A DNA stretch of 64,000 bases. It comes from Octopus sinensis (taxonomy: Eukaryota). The notes under the pieces were generated by a model. That model saw nothing but the letters and a program-made list of their open reading frames with translations. It did not search any database and had not been told where the DNA came from. A program made the translations under genes and the position numbers. Location: positions 201,314,001 through 201,378,000 of the forward strand of contig NC_042998.1 of assembly GCF_006345805.1 (NCBI RefSeq), written 5' to 3'. Positions 50,061 through 64,000 of the stretch are shown in pieces. Position 1 is the stretch's first letter. Each line of letters opens with the position of its first letter.

Positions 50061-50826
50061 ATTTCTTTACTGCCCACAAGGGGCTAAACACAGTGGGGAC
50101 AAACAAGGACAGACAAACGGATTAAGTCGATTACATCGACCCCAGTGCGTAACTGGTACTTAATTTATCGACCCCGAAAGGATGAAAGGCAAAGTCGACC
50201 TCGGCGGAATTTGAACTCAGAACGTAACGGCAGATGAAATACCTATTTCTTTACTACCCACAAGGGGCTAAACACAGAGAGAACAAACAAGGACAGACAA
50301 ACGGATTAAGTCGATTACATCGACCCCAGTGCGTAACTGGTACTTAATTTATCGACCACGAAAGGATGAAAGGCAAAGTCGACCTCGGCGGAATTTGAAC
50401 TCAGAACGTAACGGCAGATGAAATACCTATTTCTTTACTACCCACAAGGGGCTAAACACAGAGAGAACAAACAAGGACAGACAAACAGATTAAGTCGATT
50501 ACATCAACACAAGTGCGTAACTGGTACTTAATTTATCGACCCCGAAAGGATGAAAGACAAATTCGACCTCGGCGGAATTTGAACTCAGAACGTAACGGCA
50601 GATGAAATACCTATTTCTTTACTACCCACAAGGGGATAAACACAGAGGAGACAAACAAGGACAGACAAACGGATTAAGTCGATTACATCGACACCAGTGC
50701 GTAACTGGTACTTAATTTATCGACCCCCGAAAGGATGAAAGGCAAAGTCGACCTCGGCGGAATTTGAACTCAGAACGTAGCTAAGCATTTCGCCCAATGT
50801 GCTAACAGTTCTGCCAGCTCGCCGCC
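50061..50826 (-). mobile_element. SINE family A concatemer: one head plus four body units (184-bp period)
   Basis: ATTTCTTTAC unit starts at 50061, 50245, 50429 and 50613. Confidence 0.95.
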
Positions 50827-51616
50827 CAACTACCACTACCGCCACCTCTACTACTCTTGCTGCTGCTGCCACCACTGCTGCCACTACATATAGATACAAC
50901 AATTAAAAAATTAAGGATGTACTTGAGAACGGCAATAGAAGTCTAAAGAAAAGCCTGTTCAGCGAAGAAGATTACGAGTGAGCAAAAGACTCTGTGGGGA
51001 GTCGTTCAGCACGACAGGACATTGCTGGGGAAGGCCAGATCAAATAGTGTAATTCACCGCTAGAAACATGGGTGTTTCGTTCAACATCCTTAAACATCCT
51101 TAAATTAAGTTAAACTCTCTCAAGGTTCAAATGTCATCAATATCGACGAGTACTTGAGTGAAATGTCTTGAATCTTTTTGGCATAAAAAATTTGTCCTTG
51201 TGTTAGAATTATTTTGAAACATGATTACTGCATTTTACTGAGTTTCAAGTTTCGAACTTTGCTAATATCCAGCTTTATCTACACGTACCGTTGCCTTAAT
51301 AGCGTCAAATTTGAAAGACATAACATCTGCTTCTTTGATAAATGAATAAAGACATGACTGAAGGATATTCCTTTTTGCAAAACATATTGCATTTTATTCA
51401 GCTTTGAATTTATAATACATAAAAATAAAACAATAATGTCACCAGACCTATTTAGAATATCATTGTCTTTTTTATTTTACCAGACCAAAAATTACGCAAA
51501 ATTTGGAAAGCGCTGGAGCAGAAACAATAATAGTCAATATTGATTTGTTATTTCTATACTTGACGCTTTGTGTGAAGCCAAACGTAAACACCACAGAAGA
51601 AGTGGCCACAAATACT

Positions 51617-51811
51617 TATTTCTTTACTACCCACAAAGGGGCTAAACACAGAGAGGACAAACAAGGTCAGACAAATGCATTAAGTCGATTATATCGACCC
51701 CAGTGCGTAACTGGTACTTAATTTATTGACCCCGAAAGGATGAAAGGCAGACGAAATACTGCTAAGCATTTCAGCCGGCATGCGAACGTTTCTGCCGGCT
51801 CGCCGCCTTAA
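51617..51811 (-). mobile_element. SINE family A with internal deletion and 13-bp TSD
   Basis: GGCCACAAATACT at 51604-51616 and 51813-51825. Confidence 0.9.
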
Positions 51812-54807
51812 GGGCCACAAATACTATCGCACTCGTCTTCTCCTTACAATTCAACGAAAATTACGGATTCAACACCCTTTTTTTCCATAAAATTTATCAC
51901 GCTTTTACCAATGTAATTTGCGTACTTTTCATTTCCAGCACTATTGTATACTTGCTTACAAAGACTTCTAAAACACGCCTATCTTCATCATATATTTCCC
52001 ACTACCCTGTCTCGAAATATCTCAATGTGAAGCCTTTCAGGTCCCTGGAACAACACGTAAGAAATATTTCCTTTTTTTTTATAGACCGTTCAATCTGTCT
52101 CTACTTGCTTGTTACTCATTTATATAAACTGTTGTTTGTTTCATTAATGCATCGCATAATATTTGACTAACTTCATCATTCCATCCATATTATCAGAAAT
52201 AATGCAATAATTTTTCATGTGGAGATTTTTTTTCTTCACTCTTTTGTGCTGCCAGTATTTCTGTATTAAATCAGATCTATCAAAAGCTAATCTCATACAC
52301 CAGAGCATTATACTTTTGATAACTGCCTCGTTAAATACATGCGCATCGACTGTATCTGTTTTTCGTATTCTGAGCCAGTTATATCTGCTACAATCTTCTT
52401 TATGAAGCGTAATGTCTTCTGTTATCTCGAAAGCCACGTTCTCTTGTAGATATTATAACCCAACCCCTCTCCTTACGCTTAGTATCGCTGTGTTAATCAC
52501 ACGCTATCTCTTAACAATATACTTACCTGTATCAAGTGAACAGGTGTGCACTGTCATAACATGTTAAACAAGCAATGACATGCCTCAGTATTATTGTTAT
52601 TATAAATGTTGGATTTATATTTCCGAATATATGGTTACACACCACGTATATAAATATATCACATTAAACAAACATCACAAGTAGTAGGGATACTTTACAA
52701 GTTTCGAAGTTTATTCAATATTTCAGCAGTTATAAAAAAAAATTTGAAACGTAACCTACTATTTTGTCCTGACTATTTATCAGTTACATGGTTGTTTTCA
52801 TATCCTACGCAGCTTCGGAAAATAAGCACTTCTGCTGATTCTTATCAACTAACCATCTGCCTAAACATTACAAAACAAAAACAACTTGATTTCTATGCGA
52901 TTCTGCCGCTTTTTCAACTAGCTGCACTTCGCTTCCTGTGAAAAGAAATTCCTCATCGTAGATTCCGCTTGCTCTAGCCTCTCGGCCTATCACACACTGT
53001 TTGCTTTTTTAAAATTTCCAACCTCAAACACGTGCCACATCCTTAAGGTACCTTATGAAAGCAATCCTAATAGTTGTTCACATTGAAAATCAACTACAAT
53101 AATTTTCGGCGTTATAGATGAGAGGAGAATATTCATGTGTGATATCTTTTCTGTATTGAATATTTAATAAAACATTATTAGAATGGCGGGTCTTCAGAAT
53201 ACTCAGAAGAAATTGAAGCTGCAAAGAACCTAAAAGAAATATAACATTTGAAATTCACAAGTTGAGTCAATGCAATATGCAGAATAAAAAAAATGCTGTT
53301 TAAATGCGACTGCAAACACATTTTTAAACGTCCTTACTTCTTTATCTATATCTCGACCAAATACCAGTATCTGGTGATTGCACACTAAAACATTCAAGCA
53401 TTTACGATATAACCACCACAAAGACAAATTTGTTTGCATGCATGAGATGGCTATAACCAACAAGTAACACCGATGCAGTTAGAGCACAATATTAAGCGTT
53501 CATCTAGGCTCCTGACTTATATATGGATATCGGAGTATACACTCTACGAACGATATGAAACTTGTACAAATAAAGAAAGCAGAAAGGGTCATTTTTAGAA
53601 AACCAATATTTATTGCTTATACACATGGTTGCAAGAGTGCAATACTTATAATCCGATAAATTTTCTAAGAACTATTCAGAGACATATTTGTTTATACACA
53701 CCGGATGCTATGGAAAGCACACATTATTCAACATCTATACATGTACAGTACGTAGTTACCAACATAGGCATCACTGAGTAAAAAAGTTCGACCGTTTCTA
53801 ATGTTTCCTGTTCTTGTTTGAGATTGTAAATTTGTCGAATGTCTTTTAAGTGGTATTAAGTATTAATACTCTCTATAGAAGCAAATGTGAATAAAATATT
53901 ATACACCTCGCTGTTGTATTTGACAAGGCAATACATTTTTAAGAAAATAATTTTTCCGATATTTTTCTATATATTTAAAAATATTTAAACATAATAGATG
54001 TTCTATACATCAGTAGGAGGGTGTTGGTCTGTCGATTTAGACATACGTTATGAATGGATAAAGCATATTTATTCCTTTATATATTATAATGCGAAGTGTT
54101 GAATGAGATGTTGTAGAACTGAATGAGATGACTAAATAAAGGATGAAACATCGATTACTTCGTATGGCGTATAATATCTTTGTTTGTTTCATTGCAAAAC
54201 AGAAATCGAAACACATGTGATGTCTACTGCGTTTTCCTTAAAGAGAAATTAGGTAATGTATGTTTTCTTCAGTGCCTGTATGTTTGTAAGTAAGCTGTGT
54301 CTGTTTAAACAGATAGTTGTGTGATTTATGTAGATCGGAAAAGGACATGCTAGACGCCAGAAAATAGATAAAGAAATAGGTTTAAACAGACGAAAATGAT
54401 ATTGATCACTAGGTTGTTTAAATTCTGAAAGGAGTTATATTATGTTATTACGAAGGCGAAAGACACATAATAAAATGACTAGCTGTTCGGTGTCTTTTCA
54501 GACTTGTGTAAATAATCAGAAATATATCTCTGTTTATGTTTTTACATCTATCGCAGAAAACTTTATAGACACATGAAGTGTGTAATAGCGCATCGAAGAA
54601 TTGTCTTTGGAGAAACGGCGAAATAGATTCAAGAAAGTCAGAGACATATATTTATTGAATTGTGCTTAAATAGAAATAATGGCCATTGTGATCGAACACC
54701 CAACAAGAGAAGGAATAGAGACAGAAAGTCTGATGGCGTGATATAAACCATATTAAAGACTGTTTTCAAATGGAAGTCATATATACTTTCATTTTGGTTC
54801 TTTGTTC

Positions 54808-54840
<33 letters not shown>

Positions 54841-55144
54841 AAGAGAGGGTTATTTTCTGAGGTAAATTTAAGATAGAGCACAATTGATTATTGACATGTT
54901 ATATAAGATATTGTAGGGTGTAACTAGAATATGAACGGAATATAGATTACCATTCGCAAATATAAAGAATGATAAAACTTGTGTAAGAAAATGTAGATCT
55001 TGATAATAATTACAGAATGGGAAACACGTATCTGAGTACTAAATACACTCTTAGAAACTCACCAATAATTCATTATGCATACAGATACGCACACATACAC
55101 ATACATATAGAGGTATGCACAATGCGAGCAAAAACGTGCATGCG

Positions 55145-55193
55145 TATCTATCTATTTATCTATCTATCCATCTATTTATCTATCTATCTTTTA

Positions 55194-55257
<64 letters not shown>

Positions 55258-55292
55258 CTCTGTATATATATATATATATTATATATATATAC
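55145..55292. repeat. (TATC)/(TC)/(TA) microsatellite cluster
   Basis: Seen directly. Confidence 0.9.
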
Positions 55293-55585
55293 ATTCAAAA
55301 TAAATATTTTCATGAGTTGAACAGCGACTGCTACCATCCATTGACCATTCAAAATACTACTATCATGGCACTCCCAAAATCTTCTTCTTCTACTCTGCCT
55401 TCTTCTTTTTTCTTCTTCTTCCCTACCAAGAATTCACAACGACCTCGAATACACTAGAGTAAACAAGAGAGACAGAGACAGGCAGAAACAAGGAAAATGA
55501 CACTTGTATTTGAACACTATACAAATATTCTTTAAAAAATAAAACTTTTCTTTTAATTTTTCTAAATTTAATTATTTAATTATTA

Positions 55586-55621
55586 CAGTTGAAAAAGTCT
55601 CAATGTCTGAAACCGGTACTG
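55586..55621 (+). ncRNA. Minimal hammerhead-like motif with U3-A8 core
   Basis: CAG-TTGAAAA-AGTC tcaat GTCT-GAAA-CCGG-TA-CTG; palindromic ACCGGT stem III, GUA triplet; lies in a TA-flanked unit (~55293-55672). Confidence 0.6.
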
Positions 55622-58600
55622 AAATGTTTTTTATAATATTATTTTAGCATTTTCTATCATGACTGTTTTCCATATATATATATATATTTCTCTATATATA
55701 TATATGTATGTGTGTGTGTGTGTGTGTGTGTGCGAGCACATACACCCAAATGTATACATGTATGTTTCATTTATATAAGCTTATTAGGTTTATATATTGT
55801 CGTCTGTGTGTATAAATGTCTTTCTACGCTATTACGAAATGATCATACAGTTATAACTGAACAGGTTTAACAAAATAAAACTTACGAGTAACAAGAGCTA
55901 CAGTCACATCGTCACTCGCTTTTGCCACACGCGACAAGGACAAACTTTCTGCTACGTATATTTAATGTGAATATGTAACCTGTGCAGTTAGATGAAAATC
56001 GCAAGCAGCTCTGTTGAGAAGGTATCATGGCATGAACTAAAAAAAAACCTGTATTTTCAAATCATATAAACCAACCAGTTGTCGATTTCTCTTCTGCATA
56101 TTTTATCTGCTGGAAACATAAAAATAATGCTACACTCTTATCGATAGTTCTTACACTAATTCTGCATACACATCCAATTTTGTTGTATTTTAAACCCTTT
56201 AGATGATAAGAAAAACACTAAATGGTTTTCATAAAAGGTAAGTCTTATAATTGGTTAATGCGATCGCATATATCTCAAATAACTCAGAAATAAGTATTCT
56301 ATTGTGATGCAATTGAAGTATTTGTTACAAATAGCGTAGGAAATATTACACGATGTAAACATGTCGAAAGTTTAAGTTGTTCCTCATGATGATAATGGAG
56401 AAATGTTATTAAAGATCTTAAATTGGACATTAAGTGTTTCCATAAGTCGATAATGATAGATATGCATGCCACTAATATCTGATGTATGACAGAAGCAATT
56501 ATTCTTGTTAGTGTTCCTCTTCACTTCACAGAATTTCTAACAAACTTTCAATAGTTCTCCATATCGTGCTAAACGTTCCAATAATCATTGGGTTATATTA
56601 GTCAATGGAAATTATTGAACATATATCAAAAGTAGCGTAACTTCGTCGCGATGATATATTTAGATAAGGTATTTGTTGGTCGAATAAAATTTAGTGGCAA
56701 TCGAAGTAGCCATATATGTTCAGTAAACACAATGTGTTTATCATAAACTCTGCTGGTCCTTGCATGGGTGCCGTCAGATTTTATACTTTTGAAGATTTTG
56801 TTCTCAGAGAGCAATTCGGAGGAAACAAATGTTGTTTTCAAAGCAGATCAAATCTTATTTTTAAATAAGTTTTGCAAACTTACAGTTCCATGTATGTAAT
56901 AAAGTTATTCGTATACAAATATATCATATCTTTATTATAATACGGGTGCGCTGGGGTAAGCATGATGCTTTATCATAGCAATTATACATTCAAAAGTGGT
57001 TCTTCTTACATATTCACATTTAAGAAATGGCCTGTATCAAGTTTATTTTGTAAATTTCCTTAAAAATGTTACGCTTGATATGTCTTCTATCATCAGGAAA
57101 AATTTGCCCATTATTTTTATTGCTTAGCCACACCAATATAATTTTTGAAGGTGTCCAGATTAATACAGCAGAGACAAGAAGTTTTCCTTGGAGAGGAGTC
57201 CTTACATAAGTGATTTCCTAGGTAGTTGACAGCGCTAAGAATGTAACCATGTTAACTGGTGCAAATACTCGTTGCTACGTATGAATTCTACCTCTCAAAT
57301 AAAACGGGTGCCTGTTGAATTTCCACACCTTAGTTAACTACTAAAATGCACTAAAATGGCGGTGATTGAATCAATGTAATAGAGGAGATATTAGCTCGGT
57401 AGTATCGATTCCGAGGAAAGTGGAGAGACGTCCGCAATATCATAAACATTCCACCGATATTTTTGGACTTTACACACATCTTGACTTTGGTTTCACTAGT
57501 GGAAAATGTGATCACTCTGAAATATGCTCGGAAAAATTTTCTCCAGCCTGTAATTTTGTGTGTCAGTCACATGCACGTCCTTTCTTCATTTCATATGTAA
57601 TTTCTTCATTTCATATGTGGCCTGCCGATATTTCTAAGCCTTAATCGCCTGCCCATGACAAAGCATTAAACGTCTCCGAAATATTACTGATGTAGGCATC
57701 TTTCACTTAACACGTGCATGCTGACACAAACATGTATTTCTAAATAAACACCGACCAAGAAAATATATACGATACCCCTATGTGTGTCATTATAATCTAA
57801 GTTGTGTGCAAATTTAGGAACCAGTGTGCGCAATCGCTCGCAGATGTTAATGTTCACAGACTGATGCGCAACCTTGTAACAATAAAATATTATGCATATG
57901 TACGTATCGTGCACATTTATGCATGTATGTATGCATGCATGCATGCATGTATGTATGTATGTATGTATGTATATATGTATGCATGTATGTATATATGTAT
58001 GCATGCATGTATGTCATTTTTAGTTATATTTTAAGATTTCCTGCCAATAGAGAAAGAGCCCGTCTCTAATCTAGATCCAAGGCTCCTTAATTGGATTTTC
58101 AAAAACATCGATAGGGTATTTTTGTATGTATATATGTGTGCAATATGTATGTATGTATGCTTCCCTGGATTATGAATCTTATCACGAGTGTAATTTCCAA
58201 ACAATTACAACGAAGACAGAGATTGGTGCATATTCAAATGTTTAATTTAACACTTGGTATAACAGTATAATTGATTGGTTTAAATGACCGACACGTGTTT
58301 CTGCTGAAGTGAAGATCATCTCAAAATACAAATATGTGCCTTTAGCAAGGTTTTTCTGACATATGCGCTCAATAACAGTCGTTTCGGTCTACTGATATTT
58401 TTGATTAATTAAAGTTTACAACATACAGATCCCAAGACTAATGCGAAGGCAATAGTCTTGGATTCAAAGTTGTCTTCAAAATTGGTACATATCGTTTTTG
58501 TGGAGTTGATCATTCCCATTAATATTCTTTATCCAGAAAAAGGCTCCTCACTTCTTTTTCCTTCCAAAATTGCCCTTATAACAAATGTGTTTAATTTTCG

Positions 58601-59949
58601 GTGTTGATTCTGTACTTAATATTTTACTTTTTTATGCCGTTTTGCTGATTTCTGCCACAGACAATTGGATTTCCGACAAAATATTTTTCTATATGTGTTC
58701 ACGAGTGTCAGTTAGTTAAAACCAAATAATCAATGAATACATCATCAAATCTTCTCAGTATTTAAAGCTTTACGTCGATTGAACAGAATACATGATATTT
58801 ACTAAGCACATAAATTGTTGGATGTAAAAATGCAGAAGCAGCATTAAAAACATATATTTATCAGTGAGCTTGCTAACAAACTTCAATTGAAGCATATTTC
58901 GATAGTTTTCAATGCCATTTCTTTTCACCCACCTACCTCAGACGGTATACATCGCTGCGTTTTGCAAAACTAAAAGTGAATGAAGCGTATTCCTCAGAGA
59001 TTCTTCACAGATCAAACGGCACGACAAACTATTAAGCCAATCTGCCATGGTGATTGGATACAATATTGATTCAGCACAATAGTCAAGTTTAAAATGAAGA
59101 TACATTTGCAATTGCCTGATTATAATTAAAGAAATATTGAACAATGATATGGGCTTGAAACACATTCAAATATCAATAATTCATTTGATAAATTTCTGAA
59201 CATGAATTTGCAAATGAAAACATAATTAGAAACATTTTGTTTTATTTTACTTTGTTTTTCAGAATTCATTGCTTTAACTTAATGCAAATTTATTGAGCGA
59301 AATTTCACAATGATTATTTTATGCTATATTTTCATATTTATCACTAGTAGCGCACCATTTTGGTTTTAATTGTGGAAAGAATAATTATAGAATTATGAGT
59401 GACGGCAAACAATTAGACAAACCCGAGATGAAAAGAGTTCAAAATTAACCTACCTATTAAGGGACAGAAAATATTAAGACGGATTGAAATTAGCTGTGTT
59501 ACATTTTACTGTTATGTTCTATCGTCTGTTTTATCTGATGATAGAAAGTTTAATGAACTTTGTTCGGTTTAGTGGAAGCTTAGCCGAGCGTTTTCATTTC
59601 AGCTCGATAATTCAATGCGTTTGTTCTCATTTGCTCGCCTCTTAATTACCGTGAAACAAGAGAAATAATGACAAATTAATATTCTAAAACTGCTTAATAT
59701 TATTCTCCGCCTATAAATTTAACTGTTCAAAGAATTTATATGATTGAAACAAAATGTCTTTCAAGTAGTTTAAAAAGATTGAAGGTCAATATGAAATTAG
59801 AGTCAGGTTGATTAAATTATAGGATTTTAGTAATTTTTAATTATACATTAGTCTTTTTTCTAGTTCATATTTTTATTATAATTTCGTATAATAAAAATAT
59901 TTTCATTCGATAACAGAAATAAAAAAAAATTAATGTCTTTCTTGACATG

Positions 59950-61850
59950 TAACATTTATTTGATGACTGACAGGGAAATACAGAGTGGGAATGTGATGAA
60001 TTTCAGTCTTATATAAAAATCAATTGAAGAATGATATATAAATTGAATTTCTTCTTTGTGCTCCACTGATGAGAGTCATGTGTGGGGAAATGAACCGCAT
60101 TCGATTCCTTGTTAAGTGATTAAATTTAGACATTACAAATAACCCCAAAATCAAAATGCTCACTTCAATATTTAGTTCTCTTCCTCCTAAACTTATGCGA
60201 TAGTGTATCATATAAGCAAATCCTTAGATCTATAACATGAATATTCTAAGAGGATTTCTTTTCTCTATTTGTTCTTTGCATTTCTACAAGAATAAGGAAC
60301 GATCCATTTGCTACACTCTAGGTATATCGGTATTTTTGCAAGTAGAAAAGAAAACATCTATATTCACTATAATAGATCAGGTTTGCGAATATCCAATACA
60401 TCAAATCAGCGTTGGCAGAATTTGAATCGGATATATAACTCTGTCTTATATAGTAACAAAGGGAGATATTCAATACATCTATTTTGTCCAGAATATTAGA
60501 TTATCTTCGTGTTTATTGTTGAAATGTTTGTTATGAACCTCACTATTCGGCAGTGGTTGGTGAAAATGGCCAATCTATTTGTTTGCTTTTTTATTATTGA
60601 AGAAAAGGAATAGGCAAAGGATACCCTTCACAAAACAAAAGTTGTTAGGATTAATATAAACCCTCTTCTATTTTATTTTCTTAGGAGATGCAGCTTGTCT
60701 ATATCTATATATCTGCAGTGGCAATCCATTGCTGTGAAAAATCTTAGATATCAGTTCCCGTGCTGTTGTTATAACTGCATTGTTAAATTTTGCTTTATTG
60801 TGTAATGAATTTTCCGATAGTCATACATTTTAAGGTCTGGTTTGGTATTCTGTGTTCACTATAGCATTGCTCAGAGCGCATTTATAAATTATATGCTCAT
60901 TGGCACAAATGCAAAGGCGTTAGACACCAAGCGAAACAATATACATAGGCAGAATATTGATGCAAGTATTTAGAGTTTGGAAGAAGATTTACTGTGCCCA
61001 ACTATAAAATATCAAAATGTCGATAAAATTCTATTCTTATCTATCTCAAAATGAATTGTATCTGCAAAATTGAAATTATTTCAAGTGTTACAATATCTGG
61101 GTGACGCTAATGTACATTACAAGCGTACAACAAAACATATAACCACTGGTCTTTTGTGCATGAACTGACAGAGGATGTATAGTCGATATAATACAGCTGT
61201 TTAGACAACTAAATTATGATATAAGGAGCAATGTCTAGCGATTTTAGTTATAACGTTGGTTGACCACATGTTTTTTTTCACTTGAAAAGCAAGTGAGCCT
61301 TTTACTTTTGACAACGAGGGCAACGTATGCTTTTCCCAGGGCTGCAAGTCTTATAATACGCGTAGGGCTTATATTCTTCGGATGCCTTTGAAACTAATTG
61401 ATCTACATATTCAAATGCATTTGCTTCAAATACTAAAACTTTAGCAAATATCATTAGTCACTACTTTGTCAAAGTAGCATTGGAGTTTGATAACAGCAGA
61501 GACATACGACCACAAGCTACAATATTTTGCACTAAGAAACTAATATTCCTATACATTCCAACAAAGTCAATATAAATTTCATGGCCACAACATTTTCCTC
61601 TGCAGCAGAAATCTATATTGTTACATAAATTGAGCATTCCAGTTCTAATATGAACATCTGGAAGTTTAGTTTTGAACCATGATTTACGAAATGCATCGAA
61701 TCATTAGGCTGTTGGACATTTCTAACGGTATTTGTTTTGAGTCTTTACCACGGAGATTATCATTACCATTCACATTTTTGCGGGTCGACATAATCTAAAT
61801 TTCTACAAAATATTGACCCTGTACCAACATTTGAAACACTTATTATTGTT
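59950..61850 (-). mobile_element. Decayed LINE relic
   Basis: EYQ(AGFR)-like and I.Q-like RT traces at ~60780-60850 on the minus strand. Confidence 0.3.
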
Positions 61851-62584
61851 AATCTGCTGACTTATTAAATATATTCATGTGTATATAAGTGTAGGATATG
61901 ATATGATATAAGAAAAGGAATATAATTGTATATGGATATTCTAAATCGTTTATGTATTACTTCTCTTAGTTGCTGGACTGCAACCATGTTACGTACGGCT
62001 TTGTTGGATTTGTCGCAAAAACCTACATAATTACTTATTTTAAAGTCCCATAATTATTCTCTCGGTCCCTTTTATTCTGAACTGCTATGGCTAGGGGAAC
62101 GTAAATCAACCAGCATCAGTTGTCAAGTTGTGGACAACTACACAAACACAGAGACGCATACGCAAATATAGACACACGCACATATGTATACACTACCTGA
62201 TGTACCCGGTAACTCCCGGAAAAGAGGAGCTTATCCCTTGCTTCCGTTCTCATAGTTGTTTAGCTCATCCATTAACAACAATACAAAGTATGTGTGTGAA
62301 GGTGCGTGGCCGATTGCGTAGGGCGTTGCACTCGCAATCGCTTCGCATTATTTTCGTTGTGTTCATAATTCACAGACGTCATTTCCCTATGACGCAATCC
62401 ATTTGGTTGTAAATGGCTTATCTTGCAACAGAGAAACTTTCCGATCAGGGACTACTCACCTAGCCATTTGGGTGGCATCGCTCAAAGGTTCAAACGATGC
62501 AATGGGCATAGTGACCAGCAGTGCATAACAACCCAGAACCATGGAAGCAAACTTTTTTCAACACATAATCACAACACAAGCATG

Positions 62585-62637
<53 letters not shown>

Positions 62638-62638
62638 A

Positions 62639-62815
62639 GTTAATCCAAACAAGAAAGCACAAAAGAACCCAACAACGCGAGGACGTGGAACAATTATAGT
62701 ATTATTGGACGCTCAGGAAAGACGGAAAGAAGGAGGGTTTAACGTTTCGAGCGGAGCTCTTCGTCGGAAAAGCAAAGATCCCGAGAAGGGAAGACAGGAA
62801 AAAATCGCCAACGGT

Positions 62816-62822
<7 letters not shown>
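62639..62822 (-). mobile_element. Penelope-type terminal repeat in (TA)n
   Basis: Second copy of the 49391 family, TA tracts on both sides. Confidence 0.82.
62737..62770 (-). ncRNA. Minimal hammerhead-like motif, U4C core
   Basis: Minus strand TTT-CCGACGA-A-GAGC tcc GCTC-GAAACGTT-AAAC. Confidence 0.62.
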
Positions 62823-62861
<39 letters not shown>

Positions 62862-63084
62862 TTTTTGTGTGTGCTTTTTTTTGTGTGTGTGTGTGTGTGT
62901 TATTTAGAGATAGTATTCCCCTTCATCACACCATATAAAAGAATTTTAATTTAATACTTACTACTCATTTATCAGATACACGTGTTTCTTGAGGTTCTTT
63001 CACAGTTCCTTAAGCACGCTGTGTTTTACAGGAACATTTCTTAAAATGTAACCCCAATCATCAGGCCTCTACATCACTTTATCA

Positions 63085-64000
63085 TAGTTCGATACTAAAA
63101 ACTATATTTAAATTTTAACAGATAAGTATGTGTATGTGTAAATAGATAAGAATGTGTATGGGATTAAATATCTCATAATTCTTTATCGTTTGGTATGAGG
63201 CGATTGATAGATTATTGAATTTAAATCACTACTAAACAGTTTAAATCCAAATATTCATTCTACATTGTAGGATAGTAAAGAAGAACTCCCATTCCTTGAT
63301 TTTCTAATAAGAAATGTCAAACTAATTGAAACTGATATTTGTCAGAAACCGACGGACTGGAAGCATATCTTCTGATTACTTCATGCAAACCAAAACATAT
63401 CAAACGAAATATTCCTTTTAATTTAGCGAAACGGATTTGCACAATAATGTCTGATGTTAATTCTCGGTAACTTCGACTTCAAGAACCTAGATCAACACCT
63501 GACAAGAGATATATCTACCCTCACCTATAGATCATAGAAGTAAACGTTCCAAGAAATAGACATTAAAACACCAAGGGAAACAAAACGAAATATCTCACCT
63601 CATCTAAAACTACAACCCTCTCCATCAGCCAACGAATGTAGAAACAATGAAGTATTCAAGACCATTAATCAATATCTACCGATGCTCAATACGTATCCAA
63701 AGATGAACCACATCCTACAAACACATAAATTCATCAAGTGTAAAAATCATCCCAAATCACTGAAATTACTATTGACATATGCGAAGCTATACCCAAAACA
63801 ATGAAACCAATATACAAAAAATGAGGACGACGAAATTATGGAACATGTCCCAACTATTGGAAGGTTTGGAATTCCATTTTAAACAAGGAGAGAGATTCAC
63901 ACGGAAAACCAATTTCAGGTGTGCACCTGAAAATTTATTTTATGTGACAACTAGTTCAGGTTATGAACAAAACTCTATAGGCGAAACAAGAATTTCACTT
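63085..64000 (+). mobile_element. Penelope-like element ORF relic (RT C-terminus, Cys linker, GIY-YIG start); runs off the window
   Basis: LLEFKSLLNSLNPNIH, ELPFLDFLI, IETDICQKPTD, PKHIKRNIPFNLAKRICTI, GTCP, FRCAPENLFYV...SIGET (GIY-YIG-like); many frameshifts. Confidence 0.88.

Noticed and set aside
50061-50826. CRISPR-like or retrozyme interpretation of the regular array
   Set aside because: No unique spacers, units are SINE bodies, the context is eukaryotic, and no hammerhead core was found in the unit
56940-59700. Possible decayed DNA transposon sequence
   Set aside because: No TIR pair, TSD or recognisable protein motif could be established
59530-60095. Isolated CTGATGA...GAAA matches at ~59536 and ~60066
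   Set aside because: No stem II or stem I pairing; expected by chance

Overview
This is AT-rich, extremely repeat-dense eukaryotic DNA, intergenic or intronic. I could not support any intact host protein-coding gene; nearly all long ORFs in the track are translated microsatellites. The SINE families and simple-repeat load resemble those of octopus genomes (inference from family resemblance, not a database result). Mobile elements include three tRNA-derived SINE families (several with clean target-site duplications, one as a 4x184-bp concatemer), relics of CR1, R4/Dong and L1/Tx1-like LINEs, two mariner relics, a non-autonomous Helitron and a Helitron helicase fragment. There are also two GG...CC TIR elements with 8- and 9-bp TSDs and a Penelope-like (RT + GIY-YIG) relic at the right edge. 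The most interesting signal is a set of short, mostly (TA)n-embedded, often inverted Penelope-type terminal-repeat units carrying minimal type I hammerhead ribozyme folds with palindromic stem III. Their cores differ by family: canonical C3-G8 (35725-35807, core intact), a compensatory G3-C8 swap inside a perfect 134-bp inverted repeat (38996-39277), U3-A8 variants (55586, 37134) and a U4C variant (62737). All structures were folded by eye and ribozyme activity is untested.
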